NCBI GenBank assembly: GCA_963767735.1
Contig: CAVYES010000005.1
Location: 1 to 64,000, forward strand
Length of the DNA stretch: 64,000 nt
Reading direction: 5' to 3'
From: Candidatus Bathyarchaeota archaeon
GTDB lineage: Archaea > Thermoproteota > Bathyarchaeia > Bathyarchaeales > Bathycorpusculaceae
Numbering within the stretch: position 1 is the first letter of the stretch; every line of letters begins with the position of its first letter. Positions 49,489-60,617 of the stretch are shown here, in pieces. Below the pieces are notes generated by a model. The model made no database searches and was not told where the DNA came from. It was given only the letters and a program-made list of their open reading frames with translations. A program made the position numbers and the translations under genes.

Positions 49489-51071
49489 AATTCGTAGATG
49501 TTACTGTATTTTTCATTCAAGTATTGCAGGTACAACTCAGAATTCAGGGTTCCTCCAGTCGCTTTCTTAATCAGTTCTTCTGGGTCGTTGAGGTCTCCTT
49601 GGCTGTGAATGTTTCTCTTTAGCCAACCGTTAATGTGTTTTAATTTTCCCAATGCAAGTTGATTGCGCCAATCCGGCAGGTCTTTGGCGATGGCTGCGGT
49701 TATTTGTCCACTGTAAATGTTGCCAAGCGCGTAGCTTGGGAAATAACCGTATAAACCACTTGCCCAATGCGTATCCTGCATTACTCCTTCAGAGTCATCT
49801 TCAACTTTTACACCCAAATAATCAGCATACTTCTGGTTCCACGCCTCGGGAAGCTCGTTGACCGCAATTTTATCGGCAAACAGGTCTCTTTCAATTTCAA
49901 AACGAATAATCACATGCAAGTTGTATGTTACCTCGTCGGCTTCAATGCGAATTTTTGAAAGCGCGACTCTGTTGATTGCTCTGATAAACTTGTCTAATTC
50001 AACGTTTGCGAGGCTGGGCGCTGCTTTTTTAAGTTTAGGCATAAAGCTTGTCCAGAACTCTTTCGAGCGGCCAATTACGTTTTCATAAAAGCGTGATTGC
50101 GATTCATGGATTCCATATGAGCATGTGGAGCCTATTGGTTGATATTTCCATTTTGGGTTGAGGTTCTGCTCGTAGAGTGCATGTCCACTCTCATGTAATA
50201 CGGAGAAGATTGAGCTGGCGTAATTGTTTGGGTAATAATGGGTGGTTATGCGTACATCATCGTAGTAGCCTGTGGTAAATGGGTGTTCTGTCTCATCAAT
50301 TCTCCCATGTGCCGCAGGAGAGGCAGTGTCGTAACCTAATGTTTTTGTTAAGAGTTGTGCAATTTGGCGTTGGTTCTCTGCTGGAACTGGGTGATAAAGT
50401 GTTGCTGTATCTGGCTTGTTTGAGCTGGCTTGGATCCTGCTTATTAGCTGTTTTAAGCCCTGCTGAAACTGATTAAATGTTGCTGTAATCTTTTCCGTAG
50501 TCATTTTAGGCTCAAAATTATCAATCAACGCTTCATATGGCGTTTTTGTTTCCTTAACATCCATGAGGATTTCTGCCGCTTGCTTGCTTAAATCTAAAAG
50601 TTTTTGTAGGTCCGCTTTGAAGAGGCTGAAGTTTTTTTGGGCTTTAGCTTTTTTCCAAACGTTTACTGTTATTGCTTCTTGCTTGGCAAGCTCAGCCACG
50701 AGTTCTTCTGGCAAAGCAGTTTGTTCTCGGTAGCTTTTGTTGATTAAGTAAATATTTCGTTTTTCAGCTTGGCTAAGAGCCTCGTACTTGGAGCTTGTTT
50801 GTATGTTGTTGATTAGTTTTCCTATTTGCGGGTCTGTGCTCAGTTTGTGATGAATACGACTAAGCAATGATAGCTGCAGGCTTCGCTGCTCCACCGCGTT
50901 TGGAGGCATGTACGTTTCCATGTCCCAGTGAATTAAACCTTCAGCAGTTACTAGGACGGTTGCGTCTTTAGTTTTCGACAACAATTCCTTGTAGGCTAAC
51001 ATGATATTAGTTGTCAAATAAGGTCTCCTCAATATCTGATAACGAATGCTTTTATTTACTGTTGCTTTCAA
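49485..51071 (-). CDS. M32 carboxypeptidase (Taq-like)
   Basis: HPF, DVRITT, HESGHALYEQ, HESQSRF, IRIEADE and QDTHW; start probably ~51002. Confidence 0.95.
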   Translation of the reverse strand: MKATVNKSIRYQILRRPYLTTNIMLAYKELLSKTKDATVLVTAEGLIHWDMETYMPPNAVEQRSLQLSLLSRIHHKLSTDPQIGKLINNIQTSSKYEALSQAEKRNIYLINKSYREQTALPEELVAELAKQEAITVNVWKKAKAQKNFSLFKADLQKLLDLSKQAAEILMDVKETKTPYEALIDNFEPKMTTEKITATFNQFQQGLKQLISRIQASSNKPDTATLYHPVPAENQRQIAQLLTKTLGYDTASPAAHGRIDETEHPFTTGYYDDVRITTHYYPNNYASSIFSVLHESGHALYEQNLNPKWKYQPIGSTCSYGIHESQSRFYENVIGRSKEFWTSFMPKLKKAAPSLANVELDKFIRAINRVALSKIRIEADEVTYNLHVIIRFEIERDLFADKIAVNELPEAWNQKYADYLGVKVEDDSEGVMQDTHWASGLYGYFPSYALGNIYSGQITAAIAKDLPDWRNQLALGKLKHINGWLKRNIHSQGDLNDPEELIKKATGGTLNSELYLQYLNEKYSNIYEF

Positions 51072-51145
51072 GAATAAAGATTGCTGCTTCTTGATTGTGG
51101 GTCTTTTTTGAGGTTTTGTTTTTGAGTTTCTAAGCGATAGCTTGA

Positions 51146-51868
51146 TTGAAAAAGCTTTTATCTATCTACATTGTGCCATCTAGTGAGGTTACTCTAATGA
51201 GTAGTAGTAGCTTGGAATCTAGTAAGACTATGTCTGGAATTGGTTCAATACTGCTTATTTTTCCAATAATAAGCATCGTCGGCATCATTCTTATTTTGTT
51301 TGGCATGAAGGGGCTGTCAGATTACTACAAAGAGCCAAGTATTTACCAAAATGCCTTGTGGGGTGTAATTTTTGGCATCATCGCTTTAATTGCAATTGCC
51401 GTTGCGGTACCCTTATTCTTCGTATTTGGAGCATTTAGCGTCTTCACCTTGGGATTAAGTTTGCTAGGGTTGTTTGGGCTAGCCGTGGTTGTTTTCGTGT
51501 TTTACTTGATAGCAGCAATGTACTTCAGACGGGCATTTAACGCGCTTGCGCAGAAATCCGGCGAGCACATGTTTGAAACCGCAGGTTTGCTATTATTTAT
51601 CGGAGCGATTCTGACAATCGTTTTCTTCATAGGTCTGCTTCTGATTTTGGTAGCTTGGATACTTGCGACAATTGCATTCTTCTCAATAAAAGTACCTGCA
51701 CAACCATATGCCGCCCCACCTTCTCCAATGACCCCCGTTTCATCTGCAGCACCGCAAACCGCAACTCCAATGACAACACAAGCAACAAGATACTGCCCCA
51801 ACTGCGGCGCCCCCGTAGCGCCAAACACGGCTTTTTGTCCACACTGCGGAAAACAATTGCCACAATAA
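51146..51868 (+). CDS. DUF996-like membrane protein with C-terminal double zinc ribbon
   Basis: GLSDYYKEPSIY, FETAGLLLFIGA and CPNCG...FCPHCG. Confidence 0.75.
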   Translation: MKKLLSIYIVPSSEVTLMSSSSLESSKTMSGIGSILLIFPIISIVGIILILFGMKGLSDYYKEPSIYQNALWGVIFGIIALIAIAVAVPLFFVFGAFSVFTLGLSLLGLFGLAVVVFVFYLIAAMYFRRAFNALAQKSGEHMFETAGLLLFIGAILTIVFFIGLLLILVAWILATIAFFSIKVPAQPYAAPPSPMTPVSSAAPQTATPMTTQATRYCPNCGAPVAPNTAFCPHCGKQLPQ

Positions 51869-52103
51869 AATCCTGTCTTCTTTTTTTATTTTTGCTTCTT
51901 CACTTTTCAGGCAAAAACCAAAGCCAACTATACAGGCACCTTCTTTATGAACATGAATCGCGGGAAGGAAAAGACTAGACCCTATGAAAAGCGCATGGGA
52001 AACAGAATAGACTCTTCATGGTACATTTGAATCGATTGCGTGCAAATTGTTGTGTTATACCATCAAAAAATCGTTTGATCAAATTTCTTTGCAGAAGAAT
52101 ATT

Positions 52104-52181
52104 TGGTGCTCCGGCCGGGATTTGGACCCGGGTCGCCGACTCGAAAGGCCAGTATACTTGACCGGACTATACTACCGGAGC
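52104..52181 (-). tRNA. tRNA-Glu(TTC), CCA encoded; T-loop reads GTCCAAAT
   Basis: GCTCCGGTAGTATAGTCCGGTCAAGTATACTGGCCT-TTC-GAGTCGGCGACCCGGGTCCAAATCCCGGCCGGAGCACCA. Confidence 0.9.
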
Positions 52182-52512
52182 AGTGACTATACGAGTTTCA
52201 AGAAGAACCTCAACCGCATAAAAAAACCTTGCTCCAACAGTGCCAGCAAGAAGCGTACATAATACGCAAAAAACAAATTCCAAAATCTAAGGATTCCGCC
52301 AACATTGCAAACACCCTAATCTCAATGCAAAGCAGACACCTTGACGAACACACAATAAAACTAATAGACTACCGAATATGCGAACTTGGCGCAAATGCAA
52401 TCTTTCTGAACCAAAAACAATAGAAAACTACATAGATACAAAAAATTATTAGAGATGATACAAGCCAACATGTTTCCTATTTAATCGATGTTAAGAAAAA
52501 AGTGAGGAAGGT

Positions 52513-53382
52513 TTACTTTCTTTTTCTGTACGCGTATGCTCCGGCTGCTGCCAAAACTGCTATTAAAGCCGCGACCACGGCGACTGCGCTTGCAGATGAA
52601 TACTCATTTATTTTTGTTGGTGTTGGTGCTGGTGAAGTCGTAGTGCTGATTGGAGTGAACACTGCCTCATAACTGTACGTGTTTCCGTAACCGTGATTCA
52701 CGTTATACGGGTTATTTGTTGGAGTATCTGTGAAAGCGTATGCGCCGTGAGTTAGTGGGCTGCCAGCGATAATCCAGTTTGAAAATGTCCATCCGGTGTC
52801 TGCAATTGCCGTTATGTCAAAGTTGGAGGCATCAGCCAATAAATATGTTCCTGGTGCAGGGCTCGTGGTTCCTCCGTTGTCAGCATAGATTACGACGACG
52901 GCGTTAGTTGAAGCTGTACTTGGAGTGGCCGGATATAAATAATACGGTGTGCCCGCGGGTGTTACAGATGCTGCAAATTCGGCCTGAACAGTGTAGTTGA
53001 CACCTTCGGCAACAGTGATTATAAGTGGATTATCAGTATAAAAGTTGGTTGCATTAGTAGTGTCGACAACAACCCACTGCACTAAACTTCCCGTTGCTGT
53101 AAAGTTAACATCTGTGCCAGCAGCATAACTGTATGTTCCTGCGGCAGGAACTGTTGATCCAGCTCCTGCTGATGGTAAGACTACGACAGTGGATGTTCCT
53201 TGTGCTTTCACGACGGTTGTAATAACTGGACTTATGGCTACAACTAGAAGCGCTGATGTTAGCAGAATAAAAGCAAAAACTTTCAGATTCTTAGTTAACT
53301 CTCTATTCATAAAATCACCAAAATTTTCTCTATATGCATTATTTATATAACAAAATATAAACTTTGCTAAGCCGTCAAGCAA
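52513..53382 (-). CDS. Secreted/surface protein with two beta-rich repeats and a C-terminal TM anchor
   Basis: Signal peptide, two P..GTY repeats, Thr/Pro linker, INEY + TM + RKRK tail; probable start at 53310. Confidence 0.7.
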   Translation of the reverse strand: MLDGLAKFIFCYINNAYRENFGDFMNRELTKNLKVFAFILLTSALLVVAISPVITTVVKAQGTSTVVVLPSAGAGSTVPAAGTYSYAAGTDVNFTATGSLVQWVVVDTTNATNFYTDNPLIITVAEGVNYTVQAEFAASVTPAGTPYYLYPATPSTASTNAVVVIYADNGGTTSPAPGTYLLADASNFDITAIADTGWTFSNWIIAGSPLTHGAYAFTDTPTNNPYNVNHGYGNTYSYEAVFTPISTTTSPAPTPTKINEYSSASAVAVVAALIAVLAAAGAYAYRKRK

Positions 53383-53399
53383 GCCATGTTAACTACTGA

Positions 53400-53427
53400 A
53401 TACTTGACCGGACTATACTACCGGAGC
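53400..53427 (-). repeat. 28-bp duplicate of the tRNA-Glu 5' end
   Basis: ATACTTGACCGGACTATACTACCGGAGC is identical to 52154-52181. Confidence 0.85.
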
Positions 53428-53494
53428 TTTGCTTAAAAGCATCAAGCAGAATGCGATTTCACTAGAATAAACCTTACCCTTCAGGAATCGGGCT

Positions 53495-54058
53495 TTAGGT
53501 AGCTTGCGCTTTATTGTTTTGGTTTCTCGGCTTAAACAAAAATCCAGTTATTTGCTCAACAAGCTTGCCCTGGTTCTTAGCTGTTTTCTCGAGTTCTTCT
53601 ATTCTTTTTTCTAGGTCGTTTGAGATGATTTTGCCTTCAATTCTGTTTGCTGAACGGAACATCAGCAGCATTCTGAAAACGTCTGCAATCGCTTTTTCCT
53701 GCTCTTCAACGGATGCAGGTTTTATTCCGGCAATGATGGATAGCTGGTCCACGTAGTGCTCTTTGATTTTTAATTCCGCGTTAACGGAGGGATCAGTTGG
53801 AAACGCGATGCTCAACGGCGTCTTCTTCGCTAATTCTGCTGCGGTTGGAAAGCGGATTATGATGTCGCCTCTAATCCATGAAGAAACGAATTCGACAACG
53901 AATTTTCGAATCTCTTTTTGACTAAAAAGTAGGGGCGGCTCTGTTTTTGGTTCAGGTTTCTTTTTAATTCTCACGCTTATAACTTTCTTGTCCTCAGAAT
54001 TGTTCTCCATTTCAGTTCCCTTCCCAGCCTTCGAGTTCTCACTTTTCTTCTTAAGCAC
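53495..54058 (-). CDS. Hypothetical protein with C-terminal coiled coil
   Basis: LEKRIEELEK; ORF length. Confidence 0.55.
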   Translation of the reverse strand: MLKKKSENSKAGKGTEMENNSEDKKVISVRIKKKPEPKTEPPLLFSQKEIRKFVVEFVSSWIRGDIIIRFPTAAELAKKTPLSIAFPTDPSVNAELKIKEHYVDQLSIIAGIKPASVEEQEKAIADVFRMLLMFRSANRIEGKIISNDLEKRIEELEKTAKNQGKLVEQITGFLFKPRNQNNKAQAT

Positions 54059-54363
54059 GGACTAGTATTTAAGAAAAATTGTTCAAGGGATTTCGCGCTT
54101 TGTTTTTGCAACGTTTTTTGTGGCTGGATTTTGGTACAAATGGTAGGGTCGCCTGCAGGTCGGTAGATAAATGCGTGTGCACAAGACTACCCCCATAGTC
54201 TACTAGATGATCCTATTAGACGCCGAACATGATTCAACATACTTCAACGTAGACGAAACGTCCCGCACTTTCAACATGAAACTGGCTTTTTGCATGTAGA
54301 ATTCGTTGCTTTTGCTTGATTTAACTTTGAAAAAACTATAAGTAATTATTATGCGGGCATGTT

Positions 54364-55650
54364 TTAAAATGAGATTTTTGCTGCAGATGGGATTTTTCCC
54401 AAGATTTTCGCCGTGGCTTTTTCTACCTTCTCACGTTCTGCTGCGTCGGTGTATACTCGCAGTATGTTCATGAAGCCTTTGAGCGTTTCGAAAATCTTTG
54501 AAATATCGCTTAGCCGCTGCGGCGTTTTGTCACCCGCTTGGCCTCTTGTGAAAACCGGAATTTCCATAGATTCCATAAGTACCGCGTGATGGTAAGGTAC
54601 GGAAGGCACCGTAGGCACGTCAATTATCACTGATTCAATGCCGACGCCTGCTTCTTTGGCGATTTCACTTTGCATTTGGCGCCTGTATGATTCGCGCCCG
54701 AAAATGTTGGAAATCATCGTGTCCTTCTCGTAGAAGGTCCGTTCATAAGCGCATTTTAGCATTCTTCGCCTCTCAAGATCTCCGATTATCCCTTTGGAAG
54801 CCTCACATTTTTTCAATGCAGCCCAAACCGTATAGTCATCAAGCGCCAAATATTCTTCAGGTGTCTTAAACGCTGTCAACCCCAACTCATCGTTTGCTTT
54901 TTCCATTGCGGTCGCCAGCATAATCTGCGCTGCTCTGCCCACGCGGTGAAAATAAATGCTCTTAAACGATTCAATCCTGGCAATCATGAACACTTCCAAA
55001 GCTGATAAGGCTCCCAATTCCACGGCTAGATTTTCGCCTAAAACATCAAGCGCGTGTATGATACGGAAAACGTCGATGAAACCATACTCGGCGCCCGTAT
55101 GATAGGTGTCTCTGACGATGAAGTCCTGTTTGTCAACGTCCACGGCGCTGCTTATTATCTGGTCAAGAAACGCTTTGCCAGGCTTATGCAGTTTCCCAAC
55201 GGCAAGTCCAGCTACCTCTTTAGGTTTGAACCCCATCTTTGATAGTTTATCGCCAACTTCACTCTTCTCAATAATCCAAGAAGTGATGTCTTCATGCGTT
55301 TTCTCCAATTCCTTAATCAGTAACTGCTCAAAAACATGCGAGAAAGGGCCATGCCCGCAGTCATGAAGCAACGCTGAAATCCTGCAAACATCAACTTCTT
55401 CACTGCTTACGACGCCTGAAATGTACGGGTTTTCCAAAACTGCACCCGCCAAATACATGACGCCAACACAGTGTTCAAAACGTGTATGGTTGGCTCCCGG
55501 ATAAACGTACTCTGATCCCGCCAGCTGCCGTAGCCGCCTGAGCCGCTGCATCGGATACGAATCAACCATGTTTTTTTCTGCTTCAGTAATGTACACGTAG
55601 CCATGCACAGGATCCTTTATTTCTCCCCAGTAAGCCTTAGGCACAAGCAA
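54364..55650 (-). CDS. HD-domain phosphohydrolase (dGTPase/SAMHD1-like)
   Basis: IKDPVHG, QRLRRLRQL, HTRFEH, LLHDCGHGPFSH and DVDKQD. Confidence 0.92.
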   Translation of the reverse strand: MLVPKAYWGEIKDPVHGYVYITEAEKNMVDSYPMQRLRRLRQLAGSEYVYPGANHTRFEHCVGVMYLAGAVLENPYISGVVSSEEVDVCRISALLHDCGHGPFSHVFEQLLIKELEKTHEDITSWIIEKSEVGDKLSKMGFKPKEVAGLAVGKLHKPGKAFLDQIISSAVDVDKQDFIVRDTYHTGAEYGFIDVFRIIHALDVLGENLAVELGALSALEVFMIARIESFKSIYFHRVGRAAQIMLATAMEKANDELGLTAFKTPEEYLALDDYTVWAALKKCEASKGIIGDLERRRMLKCAYERTFYEKDTMISNIFGRESYRRQMQSEIAKEAGVGIESVIIDVPTVPSVPYHHAVLMESMEIPVFTRGQAGDKTPQRLSDISKIFETLKGFMNILRVYTDAAEREKVEKATAKILGKIPSAAKISF

Positions 55651-56226
55651 GCCTCACAGTTTGTAAGTTATATTTATGTATCTCCCTATAATGTCTAACG
55701 CTAACCAGCCTATAGGGCATCTTCCTTTTCTTACTTTGCTCCTGTTTAAATGGGGTATTACTGTTTTTGATATATCGCTGGTCATTTTTGGAGTTCTTCT
55801 AAAAGATTTTTTATTAGGTCATTTTGGTATGCTTGCATTTTTAATTTTGGGTTTTTTGTTATGAATTGTTTTAGCCATTGTTCAGTTATTAATATCATGG
55901 CACTTGAGATTTTGTTATAGTCTGGTTGGTTGTTATCCCAACCTTTTTCAATTATCATTTCTTTAAGTGTTGTCGTGTTAATCTTCTCCTGTTCTTAGAG
56001 GTTCGTTGTTGTTTATTGGTTCGATTTTTTTAAAAATTAGTATGTCTATGTTTTTGATGTGCCAATTATCAGGGTTTATTAGGGCGGTTTTGAAGCATGG
56101 GTTAAGTTATTTTGTTGTTCTACGACTCGCTGGTTTCATGAGGATAGTTGGTTGATTCTTGAAGCATTTTGATTGGATTACAGAAAATTTTAAAAAACAA
56201 TCTAATGAACATTAATTTGATGTATA

Positions 56227-56799
56227 TTGAGCGCTGCAAATATAACAGCCAGCGATTTTGAAAATCTTCGCATAGCTTTAATGAATTCTTATAATTCTCA
56301 AGCTTTAACTCACGCTGGTTTTATTTTAGCTTTGATAATTGGTCTTTTTACTTTGGTTTCTAGTCAGACGATTTGGGACTTTTATAGGTCAGGGCAGTTT
56401 GGAAAATTCGTTACCTTTTCAATTATCGGTTCTGATTTAGGTTTGTGTGTTTACTTCTTTTTTAAGATACTATATTGGTATTTTTTGAGTAATGCTGTCT
56501 TATCTGTCACAATGGCGAATGCTACATCTACAAATAGTACAACTCTAATTTATGGCATGCAAATATACGCCACGCAAGGATTTAGATTGTCTAAAACTCT
56601 ATTTGTGGGTTTTACGTATACTGGAATTGGATTCAATTGGTGGGTGAGCATTCTCTTTTATTTTATACTGCCGACCATAGTTTTTGTAATACTCCTTTAC
56701 GTTTTTGGCGCGCTTTTTGACGCGCGTATGCGTTTAAAAACTTGGATAGATATTCACATTCGTAAAAAGGAAGTAAGGAAGTTCTGGTTTGATAAGTAG
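56227..56799 (+). CDS. Membrane hypothetical protein (island cargo)
   Basis: About three TM segments. Confidence 0.55.
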   Translation: MSAANITASDFENLRIALMNSYNSQALTHAGFILALIIGLFTLVSSQTIWDFYRSGQFGKFVTFSIIGSDLGLCVYFFFKILYWYFLSNAVLSVTMANATSTNSTTLIYGMQIYATQGFRLSKTLFVGFTYTGIGFNWWVSILFYFILPTIVFVILLYVFGALFDARMRLKTWIDIHIRKKEVRKFWFDK

Positions 56800-57401
56800 T
56801 GGTCTTGCGTCATCTGCTTGACAAATTCAATTTAATATCTGTTTGGTCTAAGACTTTGGGTGTAGACTGTTAAGTTTAAATTTCCTATTTTTTGGTTGTT
56901 ATGTTGTTCTTTGATTTAACTTTCTTGTATTAAGAAAGTTCCGTTGTTTATAATAGATTGGCTGGCGTTTTTAACGGGAATGGTAGTTTGCGGTTAATGG
57001 GAGTGATTTAAGCCTGCTTTTCTATTTTTTACTACAACTATGTCCTTACTGTGTTGGCTGTGGGGGTATGGTAGGGGGTCTCCCCTGTTTATGCAGAAAA
57101 AGGTTTAAGGAAAAAACTGTCTACGGTTTTGTCCTTGCGATTTTCTTGCTTACTTCTTACTAAGAAGTATGTGTTGGTTCTAATTTATTTCTTGCAAGAA
57201 ATAATTTTACTCAATTTTTTTTAAAAAATTGTCGCTGGGGTGCGGGTGAAGCGAAATGTCGGTAAGGGTTTCTAAAGACCTTCTGGGTGAAATGGTCTTT
57301 TGTGTTTCTTTGCGTTAGCGAAGAATGTTTTTGTTGGTCATTTTGACGGAACGAATACTGTGAGGTTTCGGAGTTTCTCGGAGCGTCTGATTGAATTGAG
57401 C

Positions 57402-58046
57402 TTATGGCATTGGAACGCTTGCCATAAAATTATCTGAAATAGCATCTTCATTGAAAAAATTGTTATCCCGAAGGAAAGCTTCTTTCAATGCAGTAGGAAC
57501 ATAAAGAAGACACTTTTGCTTTTCATAAGACTGGGTTGTAACTCCATCTTTTTGGACTGCTCTAACCCTCTGGACTATGTGCGGCTGTGCTGCTGTTTGA
57601 TATAACCTATCAAGACTATATGCAACCTCATCGAGAGCGAAACAGAGTTCTTTCGTATTTATGTCAAAGCCTGCTTCGCCAAAACGCATTTTACCATACG
57701 CAAGACTAAGGCTTTCAATGAAAACCTTCAATCTCTCATCAGTCAACAATAGGTCAAAATAACCAATTTTTGCTTTTCCACGTTTTAGTAAATCAGGCAA
57801 ATAATGAATACCTTTGCTTTTATTATCTAAATGTAGGATAGCTTTGATAAACAATTCAACAGATTGTTCAGCAAGCAAACAACCAGGATAAACCATTCCT
57901 TGCATGAAGGAAACTCGTGCCATAACATAGTGTTCACGAGCGATATGCCATGCAAACAAGAACGAAATAGGCTGTTTGACTTCTCGAATAGTAAGAAAAG
58001 TATTCTTAGACATAATAAGACCACCTTTCGTTTTTTGTTCTCGCAC
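57402..58046 (-). CDS. HEPN-like domain protein
   Basis: GCLLAEQSVELFIKAIL...GIHYLPDL...MRF resembles the HEPN scaffold. Confidence 0.6.
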   Translation of the reverse strand: MREQKTKGGLIMSKNTFLTIREVKQPISFLFAWHIAREHYVMARVSFMQGMVYPGCLLAEQSVELFIKAILHLDNKSKGIHYLPDLLKRGKAKIGYFDLLLTDERLKVFIESLSLAYGKMRFGEAGFDINTKELCFALDEVAYSLDRLYQTAAQPHIVQRVRAVQKDGVTTQSYEKQKCLLYVPTALKEAFLRDNNFFNEDAISDNFMASVPMP

Positions 58047-58258
58047 TTCACCCTTTTGCGGTTTAACTATTATAATTAGTTCACTGCCTTCTGCCTTAAG
58101 AAGCCATTCTAACTTATCGTATTCGGTTAATCCAAATTGATTTTTGATGCTTTCTGGAACGGTTGTTCTTAAGGACTCTGTTTTTGGGGGTTCTGTGAAG
58201 TCTTCGTCTGTTGATTTTCTCTGTGAAAATTCGTCTGTTAAATAAAACTCCTGTCTGC

Positions 58259-58501
58259 TTAAGGATGGTAATTATATTTGACCATTAGACCTCTCCATTT
58301 CTCAAGAAAAGGGCAAACATCAGCTATTTGGTAGATGCAATAACATGGTTCACAGATTTCTTTTCCTTTTGGGCATAAGAGTTTCGTATACTCTTGCTCG
58401 ATTATCTCAATATCTTTGTTGGAAACGGTTTTTTTGTTCAGAATTTTGGCTAGACGTTTTTCTAACGGTGCTTCGCCCACTTTAGGACTCCTCAGCATCA
58501 C
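58259..58501 (-). CDS. Small Cys-rich protein overlapping the island tmk
   Basis: CP...CEPCYC...CP. Confidence 0.5.
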   Translation of the reverse strand: MMLRSPKVGEAPLEKRLAKILNKKTVSNKDIEIIEQEYTKLLCPKGKEICEPCYCIYQIADVCPFLEKWRGLMVKYNYHP

Positions 58502-59138
58502 GAATAATAGGTTTAACTATGTCCCATATTCGTTTTGAAATTTCTTCTGCTGAATGGTTTCCGTTTCCGTCAATTATTTTTGCGTAATTTCTTTTGGCGA
58601 ATTGACTGTTAAATAACTCTCTCACTGTTTCTAAACATTTACTTTGTTCAAAATGGTTAGGTCCATCCTTTCGCGTAGCGATGATTCTTTTTACGGTGAT
58701 TTGAGGAGTTATATCAAGAATTATTAGAACATCAGGCAGAGGGGCAATTTCTTCATTTTTCTTTTCAACATAATCTGGATTTAAGCCTCTTGCTCCCTGA
58801 TATGCGACGCTTGAAAAATAATACCTATCCATTATCACGATGCTTTTGTTCTTTAAATTGGGTTTTATGTTAATTTCTACATCTTCTTTACGGTCTTCAA
58901 AAAACAGGTTCATTTCTTCTTCTGGAGTCGTTTTGTTTCTGCCATTTTTAGCTAAGTCTCTTATTTTTTCTCCATACTTTCCGTTTGTTGGCTCGTGTAA
59001 TAACACAACTGAATAATCTGCTTTTTTTAATCTCTCACAAAGTATTTTTGATTGTGTTGTTTTTCCTGCTCCATCAATACCTTCGATTGCTACAAGTATG
59101 CCCTTCCTAAGAGTTTTCTTTTGAACTGCCTCTTGCAA
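58482..59138 (-). CDS. tmk: Thymidylate kinase family protein (island-borne second copy)
   Basis: IEGIDGAGKTT, HEP, DR, DRYYFSSVAYQG and PD. Confidence 0.85.
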   Translation of the reverse strand: MQEAVQKKTLRKGILVAIEGIDGAGKTTQSKILCERLKKADYSVVLLHEPTNGKYGEKIRDLAKNGRNKTTPEEEMNLFFEDRKEDVEINIKPNLKNKSIVIMDRYYFSSVAYQGARGLNPDYVEKKNEEIAPLPDVLIILDITPQITVKRIIATRKDGPNHFEQSKCLETVRELFNSQFAKRNYAKIIDGNGNHSAEEISKRIWDIVKPIIRDAEES

Positions 59139-59557
59139 AACGTGTTCAACCTTTCATACTTGTTTGATTATGTTCTTATACGGTGCATTAGGTTAAAAAT
59201 TTAGTGGTTGTTACTTTCTTAAAGCACTACTGTAAAAATTAGTTGTTTGATGAATAAAATAGTTATTTCTGCCTACATTTCCTTTGGAGAATGTATAAGA
59301 TGAGTGATAAGCGCAAAATGAAAAATATTTTTAGTTTGCTTTTATCATTAATATGTCAATTTTGTCTATTTCTGCTTGCATTTTGTATTAGTGTTTTCCA
59401 TTTGTTTTCGCCTTCTATGGTTATTTCACATGCTTCGCTTGGGGTTTTGCATGGGGCGGAATTTATGTATTGGATAAAATTCTATGTTGGGAATTTGAAA
59501 TTTCGGAAAATAAACTTTGGTGTATTTGCGGAGCGAACGGAGCAATTCTCCGTTTCT

Positions 59558-60543
59558 TTAATACTTCATTTTTGTAAATATGTGTTTATCTCCGAAAATG
59601 CTTTCCTCTTTAAAGCCCTGATTTAACAGTTCAATAGCTTCTTCTGCTGTTGTGGCTATTTTGCTTACGCGTGTTGTGTTTGCGCTGAACTCTGTTAAGC
59701 CTCTGAGATAATCCATTGTTGTATTGATTTCTTTATGTCTCATAAAATGCATTGTGGCGATTGGGTCTTTTCCCATTGTTAAGTAAAATATTGCGCCAGC
59801 ATAGTTTCTAAGGTCCTTCATTTGGATATTTAGGATTTCTTTGTTGCATAGTTTTTTAGCGGTTGTGCGTCTTGCACATCTCCATGATTCTCTTATGGAT
59901 TCCACTTTTGGAAATGGATATTCACGTTGGTGTGTGGCTAAATATTGTCGTAGCATTTCTGCGGTTTGGTCTTGGAGTTTATAGGTTCCGTTGTCGTGTC
60001 TTTTAACGCCGATAACGCTAATGGTTCCCTGTTCGGGGTTTATCTGGTTAAGTGGAACCATGCTTAACTCGTAACCTTCGATAGCTGTCTCTGATAGAAT
60101 TTTAAATATAACGCCTATGCGTTTTGGCGCATTTGCGATTATTGCGTTTATATAGTCTGTCTTTGGAATTAACGGAATTGCTGATTTATAGCAGAATGAG
60201 GGTTTATGATATTCTATGTTGTTTACACCACAGAATATTTCATAGCTGTTCGCTATTTTTTTTTATATCCGTCTTTCCAAAATTCCTCTGTGGGTAACAT
60301 TGTTTGAGGGTCTGTTTTCTTGGCAGTTGCAATATAATTATTAACTGTTTCGGGGCTAAAAATGTCAACGTGTTTGTTTAGCCTATATAGGTTTTTTTCT
60401 ATGTCCTTAACAGTTTTGGGTTTGCATCCTCTGTTTTGGATGCAGTAAACTGTTTTTGCTATTGCTGTTGACACTTCCGTTTTTTCTACGGGTTGAACTT
60501 GTTTTCTAAATGTTTGAGGTAACGGTTTAAATTCTTGGGTCAT
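59558..60543 (-). pseudogene. Tyrosine recombinase-like integrase split in an A-run near 60255-60264
   Basis: VIGVK, KDLR, FMRH and TTMDY; the first catalytic Arg position reads ETAIEGYE. Confidence 0.7.
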
Positions 60544-60617
60544 GTTTTTATGCTCCTTTTATTTTTTACTCGACAGGTTACGCTTTGACTTGGCACGTCT
60601 AACGCTAACCAGCCGAG

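Larger units (their letters stand above)
55693..60614. mobile_element. Integrated island bounded by 18-bp direct repeats at the tmk 5' region
   Basis: GTCTAACGCTAACCAGCC at 55693-55710 and 60597-60614, with the integrase next to the right repeat. Confidence 0.8.
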
